A stretch of 64,000 bases of DNA from Mobula hypostoma (lineage: Eukaryota), in contig NC_086105.1 of the NCBI RefSeq assembly GCF_963921235.1, positions 8,928,001 through 8,992,000 on the forward strand, written 5' to 3'. Positions within the stretch are counted from its first letter, which is position 1. The number at the start of each line of letters is the position of its first letter. Below are positions 1 to 12,468 of the stretch, piece by piece. Made by a program: the position numbers and the translations under genes. Below the pieces are notes generated by a model, which worked only from the letters and a program-made list of their open reading frames with translations, ran no database searches and was not told where the DNA came from.

Positions 1-909
1 GGGTTGCAGGGGGCAGATTATTAGAAGCATTTCAAAAGACATTAGGTTATTTTTTGTAAGATTGAACAATTGAACTTTGAAAGCTCCAGAAAAGGTGCCA
101 TAGCTTGGAGATCAGTCAACGTTATATTGAATGTTGGTGACAGGTGGCTTGCTCTTGCTCAACACTAACAATGTATTTTAATTCCAATTCCCATTCCTGC
201 TCTGATGTGGCCTCCTCTTTGTAAGGGCACCCTCAGGGTGGAGGAGCCACGCCTTACATTCCATCTGGTTACCTTCCAACCTGATGGCATGACTATCAAT
301 TTCTCCTTCTGGAAGACAAATACCTCTCCCTCCCCCACTCTGATCTTTGACTTCTTCTCACACACGCAGATCACTTCCCCCTGGATCCCATCCTCTTTCA
401 CTTTCTCCTATGGTCCACCCTCCTCTCCTGTCAGACTGCTTAATCTCCAACCCTTGACCCTTTCCACCCACCTTCCCCCCCCCCCACTACCTTTTTATTC
501 TGGCGTAATTCCCCCTTCCTTCTCAGTCCTGAAAAAGGGTCTCGATCCAAAATATGGACTGTTTAATCATTTCCATAGATGCTGCCTAACCTGCTGAGTT
601 CCTCCAGCATTGTGTGGTGCTATGCATTACACGACCTATCCTCCCGAAAGGAAAATACCCACCGGTCCTCTATAATACTTAAATTCGACAATGGCACTCT
701 ACTGGGCAAACTACCTGCACCTCTTCGTTTCTAATAAACGTCCTTAAGTTTCCATTTCGATCTCACGCGGGTGCTTGACTATGACAAACGAGCTGATTCC
801 GAAGGGAGGAGCCAGGATTGCTGTGATTATGCTTGGTCAGCCAGCCCGGGGCCTGCTGGGCCTAACACCCGGCTCAGGGCGGGGTAAAGGCCAGGTTATG
901 GAAGGATAC

Positions 910-1384
910 GTTTCCTGGGCGGAGAGTCTCTGCGGACATTGCTGCCGCTGTTGAAGTTGGGCCCGGGACCCGGCCCAAGTCTCCCTCCTCTCTTCCAGCC
1001 CCAAGGCCCCGGGCACTCCCTGCCCCAGCGGCCGCGGTTGGAGCCCTCCCGAAAGCGGAAGCGGCCGAAAGTTCCGTGACTCCTCTCCCAGAAGTTGGAG
1101 CGGGGCGAATCGCCGAGCAGAGCGGGCGGCGGTAGCAACGGCTGCCGTGCGAAGCCCCGGTACGGCTCCTTGAGCCGGTAGGACAGGCCGTTGCCGGAGG
1201 ACGGCGACTGAGTCGTGAGGCGAGAGCCGAGCCGGTGCTGTTTAGGCCCTGAGCCGCCAGGTCTCGGCCTCTGAGACACGAACCGCGAGTCCCGGTAGAA
1301 ATTCTCGTCGTTGTCATCGTCTATCTCGCCGTCTTCCAGCTCCCCTTCTTCTTTGGGCGACAACTGCTCTCCGCCGAGTTCCAT
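910..1384 (-). CDS. ZFC3H1: ZFC3H1 first coding exon (zinc finger C3H1-type containing, PAXT subunit); the rest of the gene lies left of the window
   Basis: ORF 896..1384 begins MELGGEQLSPKEEGELEDGEIDDD, matching the ZFC3H1 N-terminal SPKEEGELEDGEI motif. It has a Kozak GCCATGG and sits in a CpG island. A donor AAAC|GTATCCTT lies at 910/909, and synteny with TMEM19 and RAB21 fits. Confidence 0.9.
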
Positions 1385-1530
1385 GGCGTCGCCTGTCGCC
1401 TATCACCAGCACCGAGGGCCGGAGGCCGTCGGCCGTCTCCGTCACCGAGGGTGGAAGCGGAACTGACGTCAGCCACGGCGGAGGCACGATGCGCGTTCTC
1501 GGCAAAACCGGAGTGCGCGCTCCACCTCTA
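1385..1530 (-). promoter_or_regulatory. ZFC3H1 CpG-island promoter/5'UTR with a palindromic CRE (TGACGTCA, 1464-1471) and ETS-like GGAA motifs
   Basis: GC/CpG-rich sequence directly upstream of the ATG; GGAAGCGGAACTGACGTCAG read directly. Confidence 0.7.
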
Positions 1531-1684
1531 TGAAATTCTTCCTCTTATGGAGTTGGCCTTCCAACTTGAAGGTGCATTACTGCCACCAACTGCACTGGAG
1601 TGTGATGTGTCTTTCAAATGAAAGCTAAATTGCCCCCAAAAGCCCGAGAAATAATTCAAAAGATATGACCCAACTCAGGTGGTT

Positions 1685-1957
1685 ACATAGAACATAGAAT
1701 AGTACAGCACGGTACAGGCCCTTCGGCCCACAATGTTGTGCCAACCCTCAAACCCTGCCTCCCATATAACCCCCCACCTTAGATTCCTCCATATACCTGT
1801 CTAGTAGTCTCTTAAACTTCACTAATGTATCTGCCTCCACCACTGACTCAGGCAGTGCATTCCACGCACCAACCACTCTCTGAGTAAAAAACCTTCCTCT
1901 AATATCCCCCTTGAACTTCCCACCCCTTACCTTAAAGCCATGTCCTCTTGTATTGAG
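1685..1957 (-). mobile_element. CR1-type LINE 3' end fragment
   Basis: ORF TRGHGFKVRGGKFKGDIRGRFFTQRVVGAWNALP is the CR1 ORF2 C-terminus, followed by a (TTCTATG)n tail. It is nearly identical to 20535-20807. Confidence 0.85.
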
Positions 1958-2515
1958 CACCTATTCCTCCTAATAGATAGAGGGTTGGGTTGAGTTGTTC
2001 TTCTGATGAAAGGTCTGGGCCTGAAACGTTGACTGTTATTCTTTTCCATTGATGCTGCTTGACTTGCTGAGTTCCTCCAGCAATTTGTGTGTGTTGCTCT
2101 GGATTTCCAGCATCTGCAGAATCCCCTGTGCTTGTTCTCTGATCTTGGCAATTTACTTGCAAACATTTCATCACGAGGCACTGACATGGTGACAAGACAT
2201 TTGTAAGTAAATTGCCACTATCCGTGAACAACTCAACCCAGATCTGTAGATTGTCAGTAATAAAAAGAAGATGCTGTGAATTAAAGTCACACCCATAACT
2301 TAACAGAGTTTTTAAATGAAAATTGTCAATCCGCAGAGATTGTACTGAATCCTGCATTTGATTTCCTTCAACCATATATACTTCACACTATAATAGAATG
2401 TTTCATAATGACGATAAAACCTACACATCCCAGAGTTATGTTTTCTAACAAGATATAAGGAATAATTAAGCATAAAATGCCCAATTCTAAGTCAAGTCAA
2501 TATAATTTCTTCCCT

Positions 2516-2736
2516 ACAACATACATCAAAGTTGCTGGTGAACGCAGCAGGCCAGGCAGCATCTATAGGAAGAAGCGCAGTCGACGTTTCAGGCCGAGAC
2601 CCCTGACGAAGGGTCTCGGCCTGAAACGTCGACTGCGCTTCTTCCTATAGATGCTGCCTGGCCTGCTGCGTTCACCAGCAACTTTGATGTATGTTGCTTG
2701 AATTTCCAGCATCTGCAGAATTCCTGTTGTTTGCGT
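2516..2736. mobile_element. Short Penelope-derived insertion forming a perfect 86-bp inverted repeat, with a 15-bp target-site duplication
   Basis: Arms are 2517-2602 and 2611-2696, with loop CTGACGAA. The TSD TATAATTTCTTCCCT is at 2501-2515 and 2737-2751. Confidence 0.85.
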
Positions 2737-3304
2737 TATAATTTCTTCCCTTCTTGTTTTGCCCCCTTCTCCCACAAATCGAATGGTTTTATGTATTCTG
2801 TAAAGGTGTCTCCCCTTATGACCAATATCACACTAGTCCTGCCATCATCCACTATTTCTAAACCCTACCAACCGCTTAGCTTCTGATTTGCTAAGTAGAC
2901 GTCTATATCACCTGCAGAACTTTTAACAACTTTCTTTGCTAAATAGTTAACCCACTCATTTCCCTGAACACCTCTAGGTGCAGGGGCCCATAAAAAAGAA
3001 AATATGTCAACCAATAATTTGTAAATGAAATAAAGTTTGAAGAGTTTCCAGCAGTAAATCTGACCTACTGCTAGAATTACCTGTTTCAAGACTCATCAAA
3101 ACCAAAAAGGAATCTGAACAAATTACAACTTGAGATGGACAAATTTCTCCACCCACCATAATCCTAAAATGATGGCAACCAATTTTGCTGTATATACTGA
3201 TAAATGGCTAATAAGTCATTCTTTATCCTTACCTGTAATTCAGGCACAAAAAGAGTCACACCAATATTCCCAGTTAAATTATCTTTTGAACCAGCTATAA
3301 AACA

Positions 3305-3930
3305 AAATCAAAATCAGGTTTAATATCACCAACATATGTCTTGAAATTTGTTGTTATGTGGCAGCAGTACGTTGCAACACAGTAATAGAAAATAATTAAT
3401 TACTGTAAGTACATATGTTAAACAGTTGAATTCAATAAGTAATGCAAAAGGAGAAGAAGAAGTAATGAGGTTCAGTGTCCATTCAGAAATCAGACGGCAG
3501 AGGGGAAGAAGCTGTTCCTGAATCACTGAGTGAGTGCCTTCAGGCTCCAGTACCTCCTCCCTGATGGTAACAGTGAGAAAAGGGCACATTCTAGGTGATG
3601 GGGGTCTCGATGATGGATGCCGCCTTTTTGAAGCATTGCTCCACGAAGATGGCCTGGATGCTGGGGGAAGCTAATGCCCATGATAAAGCCGAGTTTATTC
3701 CGATCCTGCGCTGTAGCCCCGACCCCTGGTCCATACCAGACACTGATGCAGCCAGTTAGAATGCTCTCCACAATACACCTGTAGAAATTTGTGAGTGCCG
3801 TTGGTGACATACCAAATCTCCTCAAACTTCTGATGAAATATAGCCGCTGGTGTGCCCTCTTTGTAGCTGCATTGATATGTTGGGCCCAGATTAGATCCTC
3901 AGAGATATTGAAACACAGGAACTTGAAATT
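3305..3930 (-). mobile_element. Rex1/Babar-like LINE 3' fragment
   Basis: ORFs LTNFYRCIVESILTGCISVWYG and LFSLLPSGRRY, homologous to the C-terminus encoded at 9618..10487. Confidence 0.8.
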
Positions 3931-4441
3931 GCCAGGATTCCTTCCACAGTTTGGACTGCATTGGTGGAAAGAATCTGGAGATTCACAAAACCAAAAATTC
4001 CTTGTACAATTTCCGCATGTACATACCTGGTTTCCAAATGTTCAAAGTTAATTTTATTATTTACATATATAAATCACCATATACAACCCTGAGCTTCATT
4101 TTCCTGTGGGCATACTCAGCAAATCTATAGAATAGTAACTATAACAGGATCAATGAAAGATCAACCAGACTGCAGAAGACAGCAAACTGTGCAAGTGTAA
4201 TTAAATAGTAATAAATATGAGAACATGAGATAGTGAGATAAAGAGTCCTGAAAGTGACATCATTGGTTGTAGGAACATTTCACTAATGGGGCAAGTGTGT
4301 GTAGTTCATGAGCCTGATGGTTGAGAGGTAGTAACTTTCCTGAACATGGTGGTGCAAGTCCTGTGATTCTTCTACCTTCTATCTCATGGTAGCAGCGAGA
4401 AGGGAGCATGGCCTGGGTGGTGAGGATGTCTGATGATGGAT

Positions 4442-4893
4442 ATTCCGTCTGGGTAGCCTCCAACCTGATGGCATGAACATTGACTTCTCTAACTTCCACT
4501 AATGCCCCACCTCCCACTCGTACCCCATCCGTTATTTATTTATATACACATATTCTTTCTCTCTCTCTCCTTTTTCTCCCTCTGTCCCTCTCACTATACC
4601 CCTTGCCCATCCTCTGGGCTTCCCCCCCACTTTTCCTTCTCCCTGGGCCTCCTGTCCCATGATCCTCTCATATCCCTTTTGCCAATCACCTGTCCAGCTC
4701 TTGGCTCCAACCCTCCCCCTCGTGTCTTCTCCTATCATTTCAGATCTCCCCCTCCCCCTCCCACTTTCAAATTTCTTACTAGCCCTTCCTTCAGTTAGTC
4801 CTGACGAAGGGTTCGGCCCGAAACATCGACTGTACCTCTTCCTAGAGATGCTGCCTGGCCTGCTGCGTTCACCAGCAACTTTGATGTGTGTTG
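4442..4893 (+). mobile_element. Penelope-like element 3' fragment inserted into a Rex1-like fragment; carries a hammerhead-like motif at 4797-4831
   Basis: Near-identical to 46270-46719. A 12-bp TSD CTGATGATGGAT is at 4430-4441 and 4894-4905. Confidence 0.85.
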
Positions 4894-7800
4894 CTGATGA
4901 TGGATGCTGCTTTTCTACGACAGTGTTTCATGTGGATGTGCTCAATAATTTGGAGGGCTTTACCTGTGATGTACTGGGCCTTTTGACAGTACCTTTTGTA
5001 GGAATTTCTGTTCAAGAGCATTGGTGTTTCCATACCAGGCCGTGACGCAGCCAGTCAATGCACTCTCCAGCACACATCTGTCGAAGTTTGTCAGAGATTT
5101 AGATGCCATGCTGAATCTTTGCAAACTCCTAATGAAGTCGTGATTTCCCAATTTCACTTACATGCTGGGTCAGTACCAAAATCAGAATCAGGTTTAATAT
5201 CACTGGCATATGTTGTGAAACTTGTCTTTGTGACAGCAGTACATTGCAATACATAATAGAAAAAAAATTCATGTATCACATACATACATATTATATATAT
5301 GTATAAAATAGTTAAATAAGTCATGTAAAAAATAAAAAATCAAAAAGTAATGAGGTAGCGTTCATGCGTTCAATGTCCATTCAGAAATTGGATGGCAGAG
5401 GGGAAGAAGCTGTTCCTGAATCGTTGAGTGTGTGCCTTCAGTCTCCTGTACCAGCTCCATGGTGGTAGCAGATAGGGCAGGTACTGGGTCATGAGAACAA
5501 GATCCAGGACAGATCCTCTGAAATAGTAGCACCCAGGAATTGAAAGATGCCAACCCTCTCCGGTCTCCATTTATGATCAATGGAGATTGATTATAAAGGC
5601 AATAATATTGAAGACGTTGAAGTCTGGGGCAGCAACGTGCTGGGGGGGGGGAGAGTGGGCTGAGCACCTCCACTGGGGAGGAAAGGAATTGCTGATGTTT
5701 TTGGTCCTGGTGTGGGGTTTGTTGACTGTTTCTCTAGCCGATTGTTTGTTACACATTGAAAATGTTGCCTCACCAGATGAGTACTTGAAGTTGTGGAGTA
5801 GTGTCATTCTCCAACTTGGTCCGCTCTCTCAAAGATTTAAAGTACATTTATTATCAAAGTACGTTTGCAGTATATAGTCCTGAGATTTGTCTTCACCACA
5901 GACAGCCACGAAACAAAGAAAACCATTCAAGGGAAAACATCAACACCCCACCACCACCACGTGCAAAAAAAATTGCACAAAAAGCAACAAAAAAAACACA
6001 AGAATATAAAACACAATTTGAAAGAGTCCAGGCATATTCGGTTCAGCTCAGTGTTCATTGCCTGCAGGCCGGCCTGATTCAAAATCGCCCAAAATAGCAA
6101 CAAAAACCCAGTGACCAGAAAGCAGAAACACATCATTATGTGAACTACAGAGTCCAATCCACAAACCAAGTCAATGTACACCAACAACACTCATCGTCAC
6201 GGATTTTCCCCTGCAGTCACATGAAAGGCAAAATTTTCTTTACACCACTTCCCTTCTCACTATCCAGAGTCCCCAACACTCCTTCCAGCTGAAGTTACAG
6301 TTGGGTTTTTCCAATCTAGTGAACTGCATTCGGTGCTCACAATGAGCTTTAGTGAAGTCAATGCAGTTTGGGCGATTGTTTGCAATGCTCAGGTACTTAG
6401 TGGGCATAAGTGACCCTGAGCTTCTTGCCCGCTATTTTAATTCTCCATCCCACTTTGACAGTTTAGATTTTTTAAATTACATGTTCACTGTAACATCCTC
6501 CAAGCGGACCACAAACTTGTCGTAGGGTTTGGAGGCTTGCGTACCTCAGTGACATGGAGAACTATGTTGGCTGGAGTCAGGGCTTTATGCTTTGGCTCTT
6601 GGTAGGGTCACCCATGCCAAACAGGTCAAAGGGTAGAGGCCAAACTAGAAGTGGTCCACTGGGCCACCGGTCCTCCAGCTTCAGGGGTTCAGCTCAGGTC
6701 TAACAACCCTGAACAGTAAATCAAAATTGTTACAGAAACAGAAATGAAGAATCCTTCTACACCTGAGTGTGGCAGTATTCCTGAGTCTCCACCCAGGAGT
6801 TGCATGACTGACAGTGGTGAAAACCGAGAGGAAGCTACCAACATGATGAAGAAAGCTTTGAACATCGCCAGAGATGGAGGGCCTTCATTGCTGCCCTGAA
6901 CAGCAGTGGAGTAATGGGCAGTGACTATTTTTTTAACATAACTATTTAATAGACATATTGTACAGTATAAATACTTAATGTAACTCAGTTACTTTTTCTC
7001 TATATTTATTGAACGTGTATTTCATTGTACCGCTGCTGTAAAGTTAACAAATTTCATGACATTAATATTTAGATTAGATTTAGATTATGAGGACACTCAG
7101 TCCTCGTTTATTGTCATTTAGTAATGCATGCATTAAGAAATGATACAATGTTCCTCTGGTATGATATCACAGAAACACAACACAGACCAAGACTGACAAA
7201 AACCACATAATTATAACATATAGTTACAACAGTGCAAAGCAATACCGTAATTTGATAAAAAGCAGATCATGGGCACGGTAAAAAAAAGTCTCAAAGCCCC
7301 AATAGCCACATCATCTCATGCAGACGGTAGAAGGGAGAAACTCTCCCTGCCATGAACCTCCAGCGCCGCAAACTTGCCGATGCAGCACCCTGGAAGCACC
7401 CGACCACAGCCGACTCTGAGTCCGTCCGAAAACTTCGAGCCTCCGACACCGAGCATTGAGCACCATCTCTGCCGAGCACTTCGATCCCGCCCCGGCGGCC
7501 AAGCAACAGGCCTTCCCCTCCGGAGATTCTGGATCACACAGTAGCAGCGGCAGCCAAACAGGCATTTCAGAAGTTTCGCCAGATGTTCCTCCGTGCTCTC
7601 ACGTCTGTCTCCATCAAATCAGGATTGTGCACGGCACCCTACTTGACAGATGACAGATATCCATTCCGGAGTGGCTGCTGTGCGCTGCGTCGCGTCGCCA
7701 TCTTCTCTTCTAAATGATATTAATATTGACATTAATTCTGATTCTGATTCCGATTCGGAAACACACAGTGAAATATGTCATTTGTGTTCACAACTAACAC

Positions 7801-8319
7801 AACCTTGGATGTGCTGGGGGCAGCGCACAAGTGTCAGCATACACTACAGTGCCAATATACAACAATATGCTCACAGTGGAGCCCCAGTTCAACAACTGGA
7901 CCCCTGCACTGTAACAAAGCCAACACAAGCTTGAGAAAGAACTTCCTCCGGGGAGAAGTACGGTCTTCTGGACTCAATATCAAATTCTCCATCTTTAGGT
8001 AACTCACTCATTCTTTGTATCAAGGTTTGCCACTTCTTCCTGACCTCATTGTGGTTCAATGTTTGTTTTGCTGTTATTTGATTTGGCCTGAATTGTAGGT
8101 TCCACAGATTTAATTTAGCAGTACATTATGCAAAGATGCATAATCTGATTCCAACTGCTGCATTAACTAAGCTGTTAGTTTGAATAACTCGTATTAATGC
8201 TGTGTAAATCTGTAAAAATATTGGTTCAAAACATGCTGTAACTGAGCAACAAAGAACTTTGTTAATTAATCCATGATTATTAGATTTACCTTTTCCTGTT
8301 TAATGTCAGTGCACATTTA

Positions 8320-10685
8320 TAAGCGCATCCCTAATGCCTTCACCATCGTTTTGGGAGATTTTGACCAGGCCATTCTGAAAAAATCACTAAACAATTACCA
8401 TCAACAGATAACTTGCAATACCAGAGGAAACAACACACTGGATCATTGCTACACCACCATCAAGAATGCCTACCGTGCTATTCCATGCCCTCACTTTGGA
8501 AAGTCTGATCACCTGGCTGTACTTCTACTCCCTGAGTATAGGCAGAGACTGAAGATGCAGCCCAGTAGTGAGGACCAAGAAGGTATGGACAAGGGAAGCA
8601 CAGGAGTGCTTACAGGACTGCTTTGAATCGGTGGACTGGACTGTATCCAGGGATTCATCTTCGAATCTGGATGAGCATGCTGCAGTTGTTACCGACTTCC
8701 TTAAAACCTGTGTGGATGAGTGTATGCCCACAAAGACTTACTGTACATTCCCAAACCAAAAGCCATGGATGAACCAGGAGGTACGTCATCTGCTGAAGGC
8801 CAGATCTGTGGCATTCAATGCTGATGACGCAGGTCTGTACCAGAAAACCAAGGATGATTTGCGGAGGGCTATTTCAAGGGCTAAGCGACAATTTCGAACG
8901 AGATTGGAGGTGACATCGGATGTACAACAAGTCTGGCAGGGTTTGCAAGACATTACTTCCTACAAAGCAAAACCCAATAGGATAAATGGCAGTGATGCTT
9001 CACTACCAGATGAACTCAACGTCTTCTATGCCCGCTTTGAAAGGGAGAATACAACTACAGCTGTGAAGATCCCTGCTGCACCTGATGACCCTGTGATCTC
9101 TGTCTCAGAGGCCAATGTTAGGCTGTCTTTAAAGAGGTTGAACCCTCACAAGGTGGAAGGCCCTGAAGTGGTACCTGGTAAGGCTCTGAAAACCTGTGCC
9201 AACCAACTGGTGGGAGTATTCAAGGACATTTTCAACCACTCACTGCTATGGGAGGAAGTTCCCACTTGCTTCAAAAAGGCAACAATTTGCCTAAGAAGAA
9301 TAACGTGAACTGCCTTAATGACTATCGCCCAGTAGCACTCACATCGACAGTGATGAAATGCTTTGAGAGGTTGGTCATGACCAGACTGAACTCCTGCCTC
9401 AGAAGGACCTGGACCCATTGCAATTTGCCTATCGCCACAATAGGTCAACGGCAGATGCAATCTCAATGGCTCTTCACACAGTCTTAGACCACCTGGACAA
9501 TACAAACACTTATGTCAGGATGCTGTTTGTCGACTATAGCTCAGCATTTAATACCATCATACCCACAATCTTGATTCAGATGTTGCAGAACCTGGGCCTC
9601 TGTACCTCGCTCTGCAATTGGATCCTCGACTTCAAACCAGAAGACCACAATCAGTGCAGATTGGTGATAATATCTCCTCCTCACTGACGATCAACACTGG
9701 TGCACCTCAGAAGTGTGTGCTTAGCCCACTGCTCTACTCTCTCTATACCCATGACTGTGTGGCTGGGCATAGCTCAAGTACCATCTGTGAATTTGTTAAT
9801 GATACAGCCATTGTTGGGAGAATCTCAGGTGGTGATGAGAGGGCATACAGGAGTGAGATATGCCAACTAATAGAGTGGTGTTGCAGTAACAACCTGGCAC
9901 TCAAAGTCAATAAGACGAAAGAGCTGATTGTGGACATCAGGAAGGGTAAGATGAAGGAATACATACCAATCCTCATAGAGGGATCAGAGGTGGAGAGAGT
10001 GAGCAGTTTCAAGTTCCTGGGTGTCAAGCTCTCTGAGAATATAACCTGGTCCCAACATATCAATGCAGTTATAAAGAAGGCAAGACAGTGGCTATACTTC
10101 ATTGGAAGTTTGAAGAGATTTAGTATGTCAACAAAAACACTCAAAAACTTCTATAGATCTACCGTGGAGAGCATTCTGACAGGCTGCATCACTCTCTGGT
10201 ATGGGGGGGGGTGTGTGAAAACTACTGCACAGGACCGAAAGAAGCTGCAGGGCGTTGTAAATTTAGTCAGCTCCATCTTGGGGATGGGCCTAAAAAGTAC
10301 CCCGGACATCTTTAGGGAGCGGTGTCTCAGAAAAGCAGCGTCCATTATTAAGAACTCCCAGCACCCAGGGCATGCCCTTTTCTCACTGTTACCATCAGGT
10401 AGGAGATACAGAAGCCTGAAGGCACACACTCAGCGATTCAGGAACAGCTTCTTCCCCTCTGCCATCAGATTCCTAAATGGACATTGAGCCCATGAACACT
10501 ACCTCACTTTTTAACATATGTTATTTCTGTTTTTGCACAATTTTTAATCTGTTCAACATATATATACTGTAATTGATTTACTTATTTTTGTTTCTTCTAT
10601 ATTATGTATTGCATTGAACTGCTGCCGCTACGTTAACAAATTTCACAACACATGCCAGTGATAGTAAACCTGATTCTGATTCTGA
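8320..10685 (+). mobile_element. 5'-truncated, frameshifted Rex1/Babar-like non-LTR retrotransposon (APE C-terminus, RT, C-terminal domain, 3' tail)
   Basis: Consecutive ORFs carry the APE motifs LGDF, LDHCYT and SDH, then RT motifs [47 protein letters not shown] and a degenerate FADD (FVND). The C-terminus has RFRNSFFPSAIR and a (TTCTGA)n tail follows. Confidence 0.9.
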
Positions 10686-10749
10686 TAAGGTTGGGATGAA
10701 ATTGACACAGTCTCCTCCAGAGGGTGTCAGAGATCTGAATTAACTCAGT

Positions 10750-11850
10750 AACAGACTTGTTACATACCCCTGTTAGGGTGCATTCTCCAGTTACCTTATA
10801 AGGTAACCGTAGCCTTCAGCCAGGAGCAGATGTCATCAGGTGGTTCCCAACCTTCACAGAGTGTTTTGACCCTTAACCACGACACTCTCCAGTTGGTGGG
10901 CTGGCAGTGCTGGCCAAATCACTGCCCTTCTGCTCCTGGCTTCCAGCTTCCCTCCTTTCGCCTACTCCAAATCCAACAAGAGGCTCGTTCTGCCTCTTCC
11001 CCCATCCTATGAGCTGCTTGCTTTTTGCTCCTTTCGTCCAGGCCCAGAGCTGACAACAACCGCCATGCTGATTTGGCTGGGAAACCTCTGCAGCCAATCT
11101 CCACAGGGAACAACCATGCCTGCCATCCCTTGTCTTTACACTCCTGCACTAAGGGCTGGTACTTCAAGGCCTTTCTCTCGTGGGCCTCTTCCCATTCCTC
11201 CTCCCACGGCACAGTCAGCTCAACCAGAATTATTTTCTCGTTTTCGGTTGACCGCAGTACAATGTCCGGGCGTAGGGTTGTGTGCACCACATCCGGGAAC
11301 TGCAACCTCCTTCCCACATCGACCCTCATCTCACAGGACCTGGCCATTAGCAGCAGATATGGCTTTGGTTGTTTGGTTACGAAAGGCCTGGCTCCCTCTT
11401 TGATGAAGGTGATGGCCTTCCTCAAATCTGTGCCAGCCGTCCTCTTCTTGCATGTCTCCCGCTCCAGTGTGTCAGCAAGAGCCAGAAGCACCTTATCATG
11501 GCGCCACCTATACCGTCCTTGAGTTAGAGCTGTTTTACACCCGGACAGTATATGAGCCAGTGATCCCTTTTGACCACAGAGCTTACAGTTCGGGTCCTCT
11601 CTCATCCCCCATGTGTACAGGTGTAATGGTGAAGGAAGGGTGTCATACACGGATCACAAGAGGAAGGAAATACAGAAGGGCTCCAGTCTCCATAACTCTG
11701 CCCATGAGATCTTGCGCTTGGGCAGATCCCATTTTGTCCAGGCACCCTGGGACCCTTGTTCCACTGCCCTTGACATCTGCTTCTCTTCCTCACGGACCCA
11801 TACTTCTGCCTGTACCATGTCTCACCTGTCCATTATGCTTGCATTTCTCC
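10750..11850 (-). mobile_element. HERO-like (restriction-like endonuclease) non-LTR retrotransposon 3' fragment
   Basis: ORF 10919..11650 has the CCHC knuckle CKLCGQKGSLAHILSGC, GRYRWRHDKVL, and PD-(D/E)xK motifs RPDIVL..VELTVPWE..ERKALKY. Confidence 0.8.
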
Positions 11851-11851
11851 A

Positions 11852-12468
11852 CCTCTCCTGGAAGTTCCGAGAGTCTCCTGCATATTGATAGTGGCTCCCT
11901 GATGCCCAGAAATTATATACAATATCCCCGAAATCGATTTTTTTGAGACCGAGAGTGAGCTTCCTGATTGGTCTCTCTTCGTGCTAAGCAGACCTATCAG
12001 TTTTCTCTGTGGGTGGGCTTTACAGTCAACCTCAAAAGTAATGAGTGTTGCTCGCTGCACTGTTTGCAACAGTGACTTTTCTATTGCCCATGGTGGGTTA
12101 AAATGTAAAAGACATGTTGAGGTGAGTTTAACAGGTGTCATTCGTTCCTTAGCATAGCTAACGTTATTTAAACTAGCTGGCTAGCTGCTAAGGAGCTACT
12201 CTATTGATGTCCTACGTGATGAGGCCAAACTCCCTGTAGACTTGCTTAAAGTTGTGATAGAATAAACATGATAATATATAAGTAGATATTTTATTGTCAC
12301 ATTTTCTGCATATACCCAACTTGGTTTACAGATTAGGCAAAATCACTAAACAAAGTATTACATACACCCTTGGAGGTCGACTGGGGTTGGGGGGGGGGAT
12401 ATGGGGTTGCGGGGGGGGGGCGGGGGTGCTACCTTCCTGAAATGAGTTTTTGCAGGGTGGAATGTCTG
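11852..12468 (+). mobile_element. Non-autonomous hAT-like DNA transposon remnant with a BED-finger fragment
   Basis: The + strand at about 12050-12121 reads ARCTVCNSDFSIAHGGLKCKRHVE, a BED-like C..C..DFSI.HGG...KRH pattern. Boundaries are approximate. Confidence 0.5.

Larger units (their letters stand above)
1550..3295 (-). mobile_element. Decayed I/Nimb-clade LINE 3' portion (RNase H, C-terminal Cys/His motif, 3' tail), interrupted by CR1 and Penelope-derived insertions
   Basis: The minus strand gives SVYTAKLVAIILGL..VVICSDS and FLWAPAPRGVQGNEWVNYLAK (RNase H W-x-P-x-H-x-G-x-x-G-N-E pattern), then LRIGH..LN..KH.SG.C. A tail CTCCAGTGCAGTTGGTGGCAGTAATGCACC lies near 1570-1600. Confidence 0.65.

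Noticed and set aside
874-1317. 147-aa alternative-frame ORF overlapping ZFC3H1 exon 1
   Set aside because: A GC-rich shadow frame with no recognisable motif.
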